IMG/VR virus record: IMGVR_UViG_3300025652_000002
Source: a virus
Strand: one strand, 5' to 3'
DNA length: 64,000 bases
Position numbers and translations under genes: made by a program. The notes beneath the pieces were generated by a model. The model was not told the origin of the DNA and made no database searches. It saw only the letters and a program-made list of their open reading frames with translations. Shown here in pieces: positions 1 through 8,296 of the stretch. Positions within the stretch are counted from its first letter, which is position 1. Each line of letters opens with the position of its first letter.

Positions 1-1428
1 TCCTTTATAGCCGCTATGGCCCAAGGTGGTAACAGTGCTATCTTTGACTTTGGTGTTCGTTTAACAAGTACCCTTAAGGACATCTTCCAACAGGTTGCTG
101 ACTGGTTGGTGGGACCTATCGTAGACGCCTTCGCGGGCCTCTGGGACTCTATTGGTGCTGGTATGCCTAACTGGGCAAGAAAGTTCTTTGGTATTGACCC
201 TATTGACCTCGATGTTAATGTTAGGTTTTCAGGAGAAGAACTGGCGAACCCGCAAGGTGTTCAAGGACTGGATCCAAACGTTGTTTCACCCTTTGCGACA
301 GGAGGATATGTCTCTGGTGAGGGTGGCCCAACGGATGACAAGATTCCTGCCATGCTCTCTAATGGTGAGTACGTACTTAAAGCTTCTGCTGTTAGCAAGT
401 TTGGTACTGGTACTCTCGACATGCTCAACAGAGGTATGGTTCCTAAGTTCGCTACAGGAGGCCAAGTTGGTAATCCTCAAATTGGTCAACTTGAGAGTGA
501 TCTCCGCAGGTTACGTGGTGAACTCATAGCCGCTGAACAAAACAGAGATCCGGGTCAGATCTCTAACTTGAGAAGGATCATCAGTTCTACAGAAGTTAAG
601 CTTGCAGAACTCCGAGCGAATGACGCTGAAGTTTCCTTAGAAGGTGGCGCGACCTCTATCACTGAGGGCGGTTCATCTACTTCTGGTGGTAATGGTCCTA
701 GAGAAGCGCCTGAACAAACCGAAGCAGAGAAAGTTGCTGAAGGTTATGCTGACAACTTCCAAAATGCCTTCTCTGGTGCTCTGTTTGACATCCTTACAGG
801 GGAAGCTAGTAGTGAGACTTTCTTGGCCTTAGCACAGACTTGGGCCTATGATGTTCTTGACACCTTCTCTAAGAGTTTCACAGAGGCTCTCTTTGAGGGG
901 CTTGGTCTGGATACTTTCTTGGAGGACAGTTTCGAAGGAATTGCTGACTGGGCTAAAGGCTTAGGTGGTAAAACTAGTGAGACTATTTCTGAGAACCTCG
1001 GTGACGAGGGCGCTTTCTCTGGTGTCTTCTCTGGCCTCGGTGACTTCTTTAAAGGTATCTCAAGTACGCTTGGTGACCTTATGTCTTCCGTTATGGAAGG
1101 CTTTGGGGGTGGAGGTGGTATCGGCGGTGCAATTACTGCTGGCCTAGGTTTCTTGGGGTTCAGTGAAGGGGGTCTTGTACCCTCTATGGGAACTTCAAGG
1201 ACAGACATTGACTCTGTTCCTGCAATGCTAACCCCCGGTGAACTTGTTGTTCCTGCTGACAAGGTAAAAGGTTTCCTCTCTGGTAACGGTGGGGGTTCTA
1301 CCCAGACCTTCCAAATCAACGTCACAGGGGATATCTCTCGCCAAACTAAGCAAGAGATCATGAGTATGATTCCTCAGATTGCGGGTGGTGTGAACCGTCA
1401 GAACAAGGAGAACAACTTTAGAAGGTAA
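1..1428 (+). CDS. C-terminal part of a large virion/structural protein (5' end outside window). Gly-rich, with repeated 'PAML-x-GE-V' segments.
   Basis: Open frame runs to window position 1 (no upstream stop). Repeats IPAMLSNGEYVL / VPAMLTPGELVV. GGGGGIGG stretch. Confidence 0.5.
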   Translation, partial: SFIAAMAQGGNSAIFDFGVRLTSTLKDIFQQVADWLVGPIVDAFAGLWDSIGAGMPNWARKFFGIDPIDLDVNVRFSGEELANPQGVQGLDPNVVSPFATGGYVSGEGGPTDDKIPAMLSNGEYVLKASAVSKFGTGTLDMLNRGMVPKFATGGQVGNPQIGQLESDLRRLRGELIAAEQNRDPGQISNLRRIISSTEVKLAELRANDAEVSLEGGATSITEGGSSTSGGNGPREAPEQTEAEKVAEGYADNFQNAFSGALFDILTGEASSETFLALAQTWAYDVLDTFSKSFTEALFEGLGLDTFLEDSFEGIADWAKGLGGKTSETISENLGDEGAFSGVFSGLGDFFKGISSTLGDLMSSVMEGFGGGGGIGGAITAGLGFLGFSEGGLVPSMGTSRTDIDSVPAMLTPGELVVPADKVKGFLSGNGGGSTQTFQINVTGDISRQTKQEIMSMIPQIAGGVNRQNKENNFRR

Positions 1429-1431
1429 GCT

Positions 1432-1740
1432 ATGAAGAAATGGAAAAAGCTTTTCAAGCAACAAGGCGGAAAGCTGTATTGGAAGGAATCCCGTGGTCGA
1501 AAGGCTGCGGGTTCCGAGGCTGGCACTAATCATGGTGACGGTTACAAGACAGTCCGCATAGATGGTAAAGCACACTACGTCCATCGTATTGTAAAAGAAA
1601 TGACAACAGGAAAGAAGATTAGGACGGGGGATGTCGATCACAAAGACAGAAACCGCTCTAATAACTCTCCAACTAACCTACGCAAAGTGAGTCGTTCAGA
1701 TAATAACAAGAACAGACGCTCATGGAGTAAAAAGAAATGA
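1432..1740 (+). CDS. HNH endonuclease
   Basis: Basic 102-aa protein with HNH core 'DVDHKDRNRSNNSPTNLR' and upstream His 'HYVHRIV'. Confidence 0.6.
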   Translation: MKKWKKLFKQQGGKLYWKESRGRKAAGSEAGTNHGDGYKTVRIDGKAHYVHRIVKEMTTGKKIRTGDVDHKDRNRSNNSPTNLRKVSRSDNNKNRRSWSKKK

Positions 1741-1744
1741 AATT

Positions 1745-1770
1745 GGTTGCCCTTCGGGGTGGCCTTTTTT
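1745..1770. terminator. rho-independent terminator-like hairpin + T6
   Basis: ggttgcccttcggggtggcc followed by tttttt directly after the HNH gene. Confidence 0.45.
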
Positions 1771-1805
1771 AACATTTTGGGACTAAAAAAAGTGAGAAAA
1801 ACAGG

Positions 1806-1821
1806 GCATCTATAATAGAAA
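1806..1821 (+). promoter_or_regulatory. candidate early promoter motif GCATCTATAATAGAAA (contains TATAAT)
   Basis: Exact 16-nt repeat also at 2731-2746, both immediately upstream of early genes. Confidence 0.3.
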
Positions 1822-1839
1822 CCTAAACAGGATAAAAAG

Positions 1840-2079
1840 ATGTCTAAAGAAGAATTTGGAACCGTACTTGAGCTAGAACTACGTCTTGGTGATGTCGTAA
1901 AACTTATTGAGCCTATCGAGGAGAACATGAGACTTAAAGGTCACATCTACTCAGTTGCGTTTAATAATAAGCTCTATGACACCACCCCTGATAAACTTTG
2001 CCAGTACTATGGCTACACAACTGACACTGACCCTGATGTATTTGAGGTCCTCTACCACATCCCCCAAACAGAAAGCTGA
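1840..2079 (+). CDS. hypothetical protein
   Basis: ATG start with upstream A/G-rich RBS. + strand. Tight spacing. Confidence 0.5.
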   Translation: MSKEEFGTVLELELRLGDVVKLIEPIEENMRLKGHIYSVAFNNKLYDTTPDKLCQYYGYTTDTDPDVFEVLYHIPQTES

Positions 2080-2083
2080 ACAA

Positions 2084-2380
2084 ATGAGCTATGATATCTC
2101 AATCGGTAACATGAACCGGAACTACACAAGCAACGTTGTACCCCTGTGGGACGCTGCTATGCCTGAACTTAACTTGCGCGACATGCACAACATGATCGCC
2201 AGTGAGTGTGAGAACCATCTCCTTAACGGTATCCTCTCTATGGCGCAGAATCGTCACATGTATGAAAGCCTCGTTCGAGGGGAAGGTTGGGGAGACTATG
2301 CTGGCGCTCTGTCAGTCTTGGTCGAACTGTACTGTAACTGCGTGGACTGCCCTGATGACCACGTACGCGTCCACTGCTAA
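2084..2380 (+). CDS. hypothetical protein (Cys-containing)
   Basis: Internal ATG 2084 chosen because the longer ORF from 1955 overlaps the previous gene. Confidence 0.4.
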   Translation: MSYDISIGNMNRNYTSNVVPLWDAAMPELNLRDMHNMIASECENHLLNGILSMAQNRHMYESLVRGEGWGDYAGALSVLVELYCNCVDCPDDHVRVHC

Positions 2381-2390
2381 GGAAAAGAAA

Positions 2391-2720
2391 ATGGAATACT
2401 TCTCCTACGACCCTATCCAAAAGGGTTACCCACAATACAGTATGATGTTTCACTTCGGGTTCGAGAGAGAGCGGATACTTCGTACTTTCGAAGAATACAA
2501 GGAAGATGTTCTTATCATTCTTCCTGAAGAAGACAAGGATGGAAGCTACTACCAAAGTAGGACTTCTACAGAACTCACCTTTGCTCAAAGGCGTTCTAGC
2601 ATTGTTGCCCTCTCTATGGGTGATGACTTCTTTCTTGTGAAGAACCGCTACAACGGAAAGCTTGGCCACATGGGCCGCGACGAACTAGAAGCTGTAGTAA
2701 AACTCCTCAGAGGAAACTGA
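2391..2720 (+). CDS. hypothetical protein
   Basis: ATG at 2391 preceded by aaggaaaag. Longer ORF from 2202 overlaps the upstream gene. Confidence 0.45.
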   Translation: MEYFSYDPIQKGYPQYSMMFHFGFERERILRTFEEYKEDVLIILPEEDKDGSYYQSRTSTELTFAQRRSSIVALSMGDDFFLVKNRYNGKLGHMGRDELEAVVKLLRGN

Positions 2721-2730
2721 GAAAGCTAGC

Positions 2731-2746
2731 GCATCTATAATAGAAA
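2731..2746 (+). promoter_or_regulatory. second copy of GCATCTATAATAGAAA motif
   Basis: Identical to 1806-1821. Lies 30 nt upstream of gene 2777. Confidence 0.3.
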
Positions 2747-2776
2747 AACCAACCCAACCCTAACCGGAGAACTACA

Positions 2777-3256
2777 ATGATTGACTTTATCAAAACAAAA
2801 ACACTCGGCGTTGCTAAGGTAGTACTTGGCACTTTTGTTATGCTTCTGAGCATTGCGTCCTTCGGGACTGCTGCTTACAAGTACGGAGAAGTTGTTTCCT
2901 ACAACAAAACTTCGCTGGACTATGAGGAACTCATCGGAGAACAACAGCGCCGCAACTACGCGCAACTTGTTGCTATGGGTACTCAGTACCTTGCCTTAGT
3001 CGAAGAAGCGCGTGAAGAGGCGCGTCAGGAGTACCTTGCTCTAATCGAAGAAGCGCGTGAAGATACTAGCTCTGATGCTGTTATCAACTGGGAAGCAGTC
3101 GCTACCAAGTGGGAAAACACTACTACGAAAGTAGCAGATACTTCCTCACAAGCTTGGGGTGCAACAACAACGGCGACTAGCAACGCTTGGAATACAACCT
3201 CCTCTAAGACTCTTGAACTTTTTAACCAAGGCCGTAACTGGGTCTTAGCTGACTAA
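2777..3256 (+). CDS. membrane-anchored protein with internal repeat (LALVEEAREEARQEY / LALIEEARED)
   Basis: N-terminal hydrophobic helix. Tandem heptad-like repeat. Confidence 0.5.
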   Translation: MIDFIKTKTLGVAKVVLGTFVMLLSIASFGTAAYKYGEVVSYNKTSLDYEELIGEQQRRNYAQLVAMGTQYLALVEEAREEARQEYLALIEEAREDTSSDAVINWEAVATKWENTTTKVADTSSQAWGATTTATSNAWNTTSSKTLELFNQGRNWVLAD

Positions 3257-3269
3257 AGGAACTACTACT

Positions 3270-3581
3270 ATGATTACCTACATACTTCTGGAAGGAGTGG
3301 AGGGAGTCCTAATCAGACTCTTCTTTGCAATGATTACTGCAATGATCGTCCCTGCACCAAAAGGTGGTAAGGGCAAGAAGTCAACCCCTGTCTTCTTCAC
3401 ACTGCCCGGATTTATGGGGCCGATCGCGGTGGTTTACTACATGCTGTTCCCTGCTTTGGGTGCAGTCTCCTTAGCTTTTGCTATAGGTTTCTTTCTACCA
3501 GAGAACTTCAAGTTCTTTGTCCAAGTACTTAACTACTTCAACCCGCCTCCTGAAGAGGCCAAAAACAAAAAGAAAGGGTAA
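3270..3581 (+). CDS. small integral membrane protein
   Basis: Two or three hydrophobic helices. Lys-rich C-terminus. Confidence 0.5.
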   Translation: MITYILLEGVEGVLIRLFFAMITAMIVPAPKGGKGKKSTPVFFTLPGFMGPIAVVYYMLFPALGAVSLAFAIGFFLPENFKFFVQVLNYFNPPPEEAKNKKKG

Positions 3582-3738
3582 AAACCCTCATGATGACAAT
3601 TTTCTTAATCTGGAACGCCTACTACATTGTTGATTCTTTCAGCAAGAACCAGTAAGAAGTTTGTTGATAGTCAACCAGAGGCCGGAGTACTCTGTACAAA
3701 GTCCGGCACAATGACAACAACCCAACAAAGGACAAGTA

Positions 3739-4065
3739 ATGTTCAAGTTTTACCGTGGGACCACCTTCCCAGAAGCCATAGCTCTCGGTGAAGGGTGCCA
3801 ACACCATAACGATATATTTTGGTGTGACAGCTTTGAAGTGGCAGTCTATCTAAGTCAAGGGGCAGTCGCAGAGATCATCCTTGATGAACTACCACCCCAC
3901 TTCAATGACTACCAGAGCCTTGTAAAAATAAAGGGATACCCTGAACAACGTCCTTATAGGATTTGGGGCATCTCCTCCGACTACTACGAAAAAGATAAGG
4001 GTTTATATAACCACATCGAAGATTTCAAAATCCACTACGAAGGATCTGACTATGAAAAGTCTTGA
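3739..4065 (+). CDS. hypothetical protein
   Basis: ORF with ATG. 150-bp upstream gap holding hairpin gccggagtactctgtacaaagtccggc. Confidence 0.5.
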   Translation: MFKFYRGTTFPEAIALGEGCQHHNDIFWCDSFEVAVYLSQGAVAEIILDELPPHFNDYQSLVKIKGYPEQRPYRIWGISSDYYEKDKGLYNHIEDFKIHYEGSDYEKS

Positions 4066-4474
4066 GATTTTCAGGATAGAAAACCCTGAAACAAACGAGG
4101 GTATGTACTCTACAGCTTACATGGAACTACCTTTTTGGTTCCACGAGCAGACCCACTGCCCCGGCCCTCACAGGGAACAAGAAGAGCCAAAGCTAAGTAA
4201 GTTTTGGGAATACCTAGAACACCACGGAGAATCTTGGGATTGGTACTTTGGCTTTAGAACCCTAAAACAAGCCGCCAAGTGGATTTCTCCTGATCGTTGG
4301 CACATACCTGAAGAAAAGTGGTTCAAGAAAGCTAACCGGAAAGTGGTTGTCTCTAAGTACGCTGTAGACTGCGAAGACAACATTTTTCACGGTAACTCCC
4401 AGTCTATCTTTGTGCGTGAGCGGGCCGGAATAGTTGATACTACCCCTTTAATCAAACTACAAGACCTCATTTAG
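4052..4474 (+). CDS. hypothetical protein
   Basis: ATG start. Overlaps the upstream stop. Confidence 0.5.
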   Translation: MKSLEIFRIENPETNEGMYSTAYMELPFWFHEQTHCPGPHREQEEPKLSKFWEYLEHHGESWDWYFGFRTLKQAAKWISPDRWHIPEEKWFKKANRKVVVSKYAVDCEDNIFHGNSQSIFVRERAGIVDTTPLIKLQDLI

Positions 4475-4485
4475 GGAAACATAAC

Positions 4486-4815
4486 ATGTCTTTGAAACAC
4501 ACTGAGTACGAAACCTTTGACATTTGTAACATTAGAACTGTAAGGGAGTTCAAAAACTTCGTTGAAAACGTCTACAAAGAAGCCCAGCAGAAGGGTTGGA
4601 CAGACCTCAAGTGGGGGTTTACTACAACTACAGACTATGACGATTACTCTGAAGCTGCTATAGAGTTCTACGGAAGCCGCCCCAAAACCCCGGAAGAAGA
4701 AAAAGCAAGTATTAGAGAGGGGGCTGTTAGAAAGGTTGCTAGAGAAAAAGGCATCAGCTACCACGAAGCTTCTACCCTCTATAACCTCCGTGAACGTAAA
4801 AAGATTGACTTCTAA
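4486..4815 (+). CDS. hypothetical protein
   Basis: ATG start. Confidence 0.5.
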   Translation: MSLKHTEYETFDICNIRTVREFKNFVENVYKEAQQKGWTDLKWGFTTTTDYDDYSEAAIEFYGSRPKTPEEEKASIREGAVRKVAREKGISYHEASTLYNLRERKKIDF

Positions 4816-4832
4816 ACAAACTGGAGAACACA

Positions 4833-5507
4833 ATGGCTAACTTCCCGAACTACGTTGTAACAGAAAAAACTTGCTTTGTAGATGCAGACGCTTCTAAGAA
4901 GCTATCTTTCTTGGAGTCTATTGATTTCATGTACCATCTGAAAGAGGAAGGACACGGAGATAAAGTTTTTGTTGAGCTTGCAGCTTTTAACCATACCTTT
5001 ACCCTGACAAACCTAAAGAGTCTTCTTTTGCAAGGGAAAGTAGAGCTACTCCGCGCCTCCCTTGATAAGCACGGAGTCCCTATCCCAGCAGAGACAGAAG
5101 CAAATCTTAGTGCGGTTGGGGACCTTCTGACCTTCATCGAGTCCACTCGCTTTGCGAAGGTTTCGGATAAGTATAAGCTTGATGATCAAACTGAAGAGTT
5201 TAACCCAAAGGATAAGTTCCGTATCGGTACAAAAGATATCGCTATGGGTTATAGTCGCTCTGCTCATCACGTTGTTGAGCGGTTGTGGAAGAACGTCTCA
5301 CAGTCTTGGTTTGATACAGACAATGGCTTCAAGGGGCAGGCCAGCTTCAGTCAAAACATCGCTGGCCAAAACCACAACGTTTCAGTACAAAAGAACATGA
5401 TCCGTGTTGGTTGTAAGGACGTCCGTCGCTACGAACTAGAAGCCCTTGCCCTGAATATGGGTTGGAGCTTCCCTAACCAACTCTCCGAAGAATCTAAAAA
5501 CAAATAA
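4833..5507 (+). CDS. hypothetical protein
   Basis: 224-aa ORF, ATG start. Confidence 0.5.
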   Translation: MANFPNYVVTEKTCFVDADASKKLSFLESIDFMYHLKEEGHGDKVFVELAAFNHTFTLTNLKSLLLQGKVELLRASLDKHGVPIPAETEANLSAVGDLLTFIESTRFAKVSDKYKLDDQTEEFNPKDKFRIGTKDIAMGYSRSAHHVVERLWKNVSQSWFDTDNGFKGQASFSQNIAGQNHNVSVQKNMIRVGCKDVRRYELEALALNMGWSFPNQLSEESKNK

Positions 5508-5518
5508 GGAAAACTAAC

Positions 5519-5914
5519 ATGACCTCACTACTTTGTTTGGCTACGGCCATCTTTTTCGAAGCACGTAACGAACCCATTGATGCACAGTACTTTGTTGCAG
5601 AAGTGGTTATAAACCGTGTACAAGATGAACGCTACCCTGACACTGTGTGTGAGGTTGTGTTCGAGGATAAACAGTTCAGCTTTACCCACGATGGTAAGTC
5701 TGATGATATGGCTGAGTACGACACCTACTTTGATAGGGAGGCTCAACACATGTCTAAGCTAATTGCTGGGGATGTTATCAATGCTAACAGCACCTCTATC
5801 ACCTCAACCCACTACCACACTGCAAGCATTGATCCTTTTTGGAACGATGTCTACACCCTTGATGGTCAGTACGGCTATCACATTTTTTACACCAACGAAA
5901 CCCCTTGGAGGTAA
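5519..5914 (+). CDS. SleB/CwlJ-type cell wall hydrolase
   Basis: FFEARNEP...VAEVVINRV...YPDTVCEVV...QFSF matches the Hydrolase_2 (SleB) signature. Confidence 0.75.
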   Translation: MTSLLCLATAIFFEARNEPIDAQYFVAEVVINRVQDERYPDTVCEVVFEDKQFSFTHDGKSDDMAEYDTYFDREAQHMSKLIAGDVINANSTSITSTHYHTASIDPFWNDVYTLDGQYGYHIFYTNETPWR

Positions 5915-5916
5915 CT

Positions 5917-6282
5917 ATGAACCATCAAGAAGCCTTTGATAAAGCTGTGGCCCACCTTCGCAAACAAGGTGCTAAAGCTCACGATTCTTCACGCAGGACC
6001 GATGACGGTAGTCTGTTCTGTGCTTACCGTGGAGACAACGGTATGATGTGCGCAGTTGGTTGCCTCATTACCGATGAAGAATACACCAAATCTTTTGAGG
6101 GGAGGGCTGCCAGCTGGCTCCAAGAGAGACTCCCCGCTGGGAATAGCTTGGTGTTTTTGGACGGTCATTTCCTTGAAGGCCTCCAATCAATCCATGATAA
6201 CTCCCCTCCGGAGCAGTGGGAAGATCAACTTAAAAACCTCGCAATAGACTACAAACTAAAATACAATGGAGTAGAAGCATGA
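5917..6282 (+). CDS. hypothetical protein
   Basis: The listed ORF start at 5905 is TTG. ATG at 5917 follows ggaggtaact. Confidence 0.5.
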   Translation: MNHQEAFDKAVAHLRKQGAKAHDSSRRTDDGSLFCAYRGDNGMMCAVGCLITDEEYTKSFEGRAASWLQERLPAGNSLVFLDGHFLEGLQSIHDNSPPEQWEDQLKNLAIDYKLKYNGVEA

Positions 6283-6560
6283 AAATTACACGCACATCAA
6301 TGGTCTCAGGCAATACCAACACCTTGGACCTCGATATAACAATGGAACAACTCCGAGACTACGAAGCGGGGACGTTGCTTCAGGACGCCTTCCCAGACCT
6401 TGATGCGGATGACCGTGAGTTTCTCAAAACAGGGATCACTCCTGATGAGTGGGACAACATGTTCAAGTCAGAGGAAGTCGATGAGGACGATCTGTTGGGA
6501 GAAGAACTTCTCTCAGATGAAGACCTAGCTGTACTCTTAGAAGGGGTAAACGTACTATGA
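6279..6560 (+). CDS. acidic hypothetical protein
   Basis: ATGA overlap with the upstream gene. Confidence 0.5.
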   Translation: MKITRTSMVSGNTNTLDLDITMEQLRDYEAGTLLQDAFPDLDADDREFLKTGITPDEWDNMFKSEEVDEDDLLGEELLSDEDLAVLLEGVNVL

Positions 6561-6865
6561 CAACCGAGATCAGAAACAGCCGCTCAGACCACCTTCACAT
6601 CGAGTTTTCCAACGGGTTCACTCTCTCTGCTACTTGGCGGGAGGGTTCCTACACTAGGTTAAACGAGGTGGAACTTGGTTTGTGGGGTGAAGGACACCCT
6701 TGGGTTGTCCTCTCTGAGCACGATGACGTTGCTGGGTATGTTCCTATGCAACAGTGTTTAGAGATCGCCTACAAGCTTGGAGAACTTGCACCAACTTCTG
6801 GTGTAGATGAAGTTCGCCAAGTACTGAAAGAAACCCTTTGGAAAGGAACAGACTTTGAAGGTTAA
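6557..6865 (+). CDS. hypothetical protein
   Basis: ATGA overlap. Confidence 0.5.
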   Translation: MTTEIRNSRSDHLHIEFSNGFTLSATWREGSYTRLNEVELGLWGEGHPWVVLSEHDDVAGYVPMQQCLEIAYKLGELAPTSGVDEVRQVLKETLWKGTDFEG

Positions 6866-7163
6866 AGTAAACTTCCCTAACGGGACCTACATTATTGTTG
6901 ATCGCAGTATTGTAGGTAAGTTCTTCGAAAATGCAAACATTTCAACAGAGGACCTACCTGAAGACTTCGACCTTTCCGCGCCTGAAATCCGGCGTCATAA
7001 CAACGCCTTTAGCTCCTTGGTTGGGGCTATTGACGCAAAGTGGGGTTACTCTTACGAGCCTCTAAAAGCCAAACCTCAGCCTTACATGGCTGGGGACCTA
7101 CGACAGTACATGGATAACCTCATTGAACAGGAGTATGAGAATGACTATGACTACAATAACTGA
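6855..7163 (+). CDS. hypothetical protein (probable TTG start)
   Basis: No in-frame ATG near the 5' end. TTG at 6855 follows aaagga. Confidence 0.35.
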   Translation: MKVKVNFPNGTYIIVDRSIVGKFFENANISTEDLPEDFDLSAPEIRRHNNAFSSLVGAIDAKWGYSYEPLKAKPQPYMAGDLRQYMDNLIEQEYENDYDYNN

Positions 7164-7539
7164 GATCCTTGCCCGTTGCGTTGAACTTGAAGCGACTATG
7201 TCCGAAAAGGGTTTCACAGTTCCAGAGGTTGGGATTCACCTCCGAACTCACGGGCGCATTACAGTGGCCCTAGATTGTAGCTGCACAAGCCCTATTAAGT
7301 TTGATGGCGATCGTTCTTATGCGTTTGCTTATGGAGATACTATCGAAGAAGCTTTTGAAAAGGCCGAACTGTGTATCGAAGATATTGTAGATGTAGAAAC
7401 CCAAAACAAAAAGAGCTACACCAAGAAACTGGCAGACGCTATTGACTTTGGTATGGAAGTCGGAATTGAACGGGCCTTCATTGAACCAGTACGAGAAACA
7501 AAGAACTTGGTCCTTGAGACCCTTATCACAAAGCAGTAG
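7141..7539 (+). CDS. hypothetical protein
   Basis: The listed start at 7123 is TTG. ATG at 7141 sits 8 nt after aggag. Confidence 0.45.
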   Translation: MTMTTITEILARCVELEATMSEKGFTVPEVGIHLRTHGRITVALDCSCTSPIKFDGDRSYAFAYGDTIEEAFEKAELCIEDIVDVETQNKKSYTKKLADAIDFGMEVGIERAFIEPVRETKNLVLETLITKQ

Positions 7540-7547
7540 GAGAAACT

Positions 7548-8222
7548 ATGCTAGAAGTCAAACATGTAAACGAGGCTAAGACCCTTTTCGACCTCCAACC
7601 AGAAGTAGGCAGCTACGTCGATTGTTGGAACAACTCTCATAAAGGCACACTGTTCCTTATCCAAGATAACTGGAAGTCGTGGGGTGGTGTGGGCTGCCCT
7701 TGGTGGGTTCCTCATGGTACAGAGGTAACCCCTGTTAAAAAGCCTGTTCGGGAGGCAAAGTACAAGGACCCAGCAAAGACACGGTACATCCCAACAAACA
7801 AAGTTCTTCAAATGGAGCCTGTTCGGGAGGTGGAGCGTCACACTAAACGGCGAGGTTACACTCGTTTCTCAGAAAGCTTCCGCCGAAAGGTTTGTAAGAC
7901 AGCTATTATCCTTGGGGATATGAAAGAAGCCTCTGATCGTCATAAGGTTTGTCAAACTTCTGTCTGGAACTGGCTTAAAACCTACGGCTATGCTAATGAC
8001 TTTGTGCAGACTAAGTACAAGAAGCGCGGTCTAGAGGTAACAAGCACCCCTTATGATGTTCCAGCAAACAAAGGTTATCCTGATCAGATGCGTCTAGCAG
8101 CCGCCATGTATGCAGTTGATTACAGCCCTCAAGCAGCTGCTAATCGCTATGGTGTCTCTTTGAGTTCAGTGTACTACTGGATTCATAACTACAACTTGTC
8201 TCGTGCTTACGCGAACAAGTAA
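7548..8222 (+). CDS. putative DNA-binding protein with two transposase-like HTH motifs
   Basis: DRHKVCQTSVWNWLKTYG and NRYGVSLSSVYYWIHNY resemble IS630/Tc1-type HTH. Immediately upstream of the RNAP gene. Confidence 0.4.
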   Translation: MLEVKHVNEAKTLFDLQPEVGSYVDCWNNSHKGTLFLIQDNWKSWGGVGCPWWVPHGTEVTPVKKPVREAKYKDPAKTRYIPTNKVLQMEPVREVERHTKRRGYTRFSESFRRKVCKTAIILGDMKEASDRHKVCQTSVWNWLKTYGYANDFVQTKYKKRGLEVTSTPYDVPANKGYPDQMRLAAAMYAVDYSPQAAANRYGVSLSSVYYWIHNYNLSRAYANK

Positions 8223-8232
8223 ATAACCCTTG

Positions 8233-8280
8233 CCTCGCCCCTTCGGGGGCGGGGTTTCTCCTTAACCTTTTTTTTTTTTC
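8233..8280. terminator. rho-independent terminator
   Basis: cctcgcccc-ttcg-ggggcgggg hairpin followed by T12. Confidence 0.6.
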
Positions 8281-8296
8281 TTTTAGAAGGAGTAAG

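Noticed and set aside
846-1361. 171-aa minus-strand ORF (Pro/Ser-rich) inside the first structural gene
   Set aside because: It lies antisense to a clearly coding + strand gene. Its low-complexity composition is typical of shadow ORFs. All other supported genes are on the + strand.
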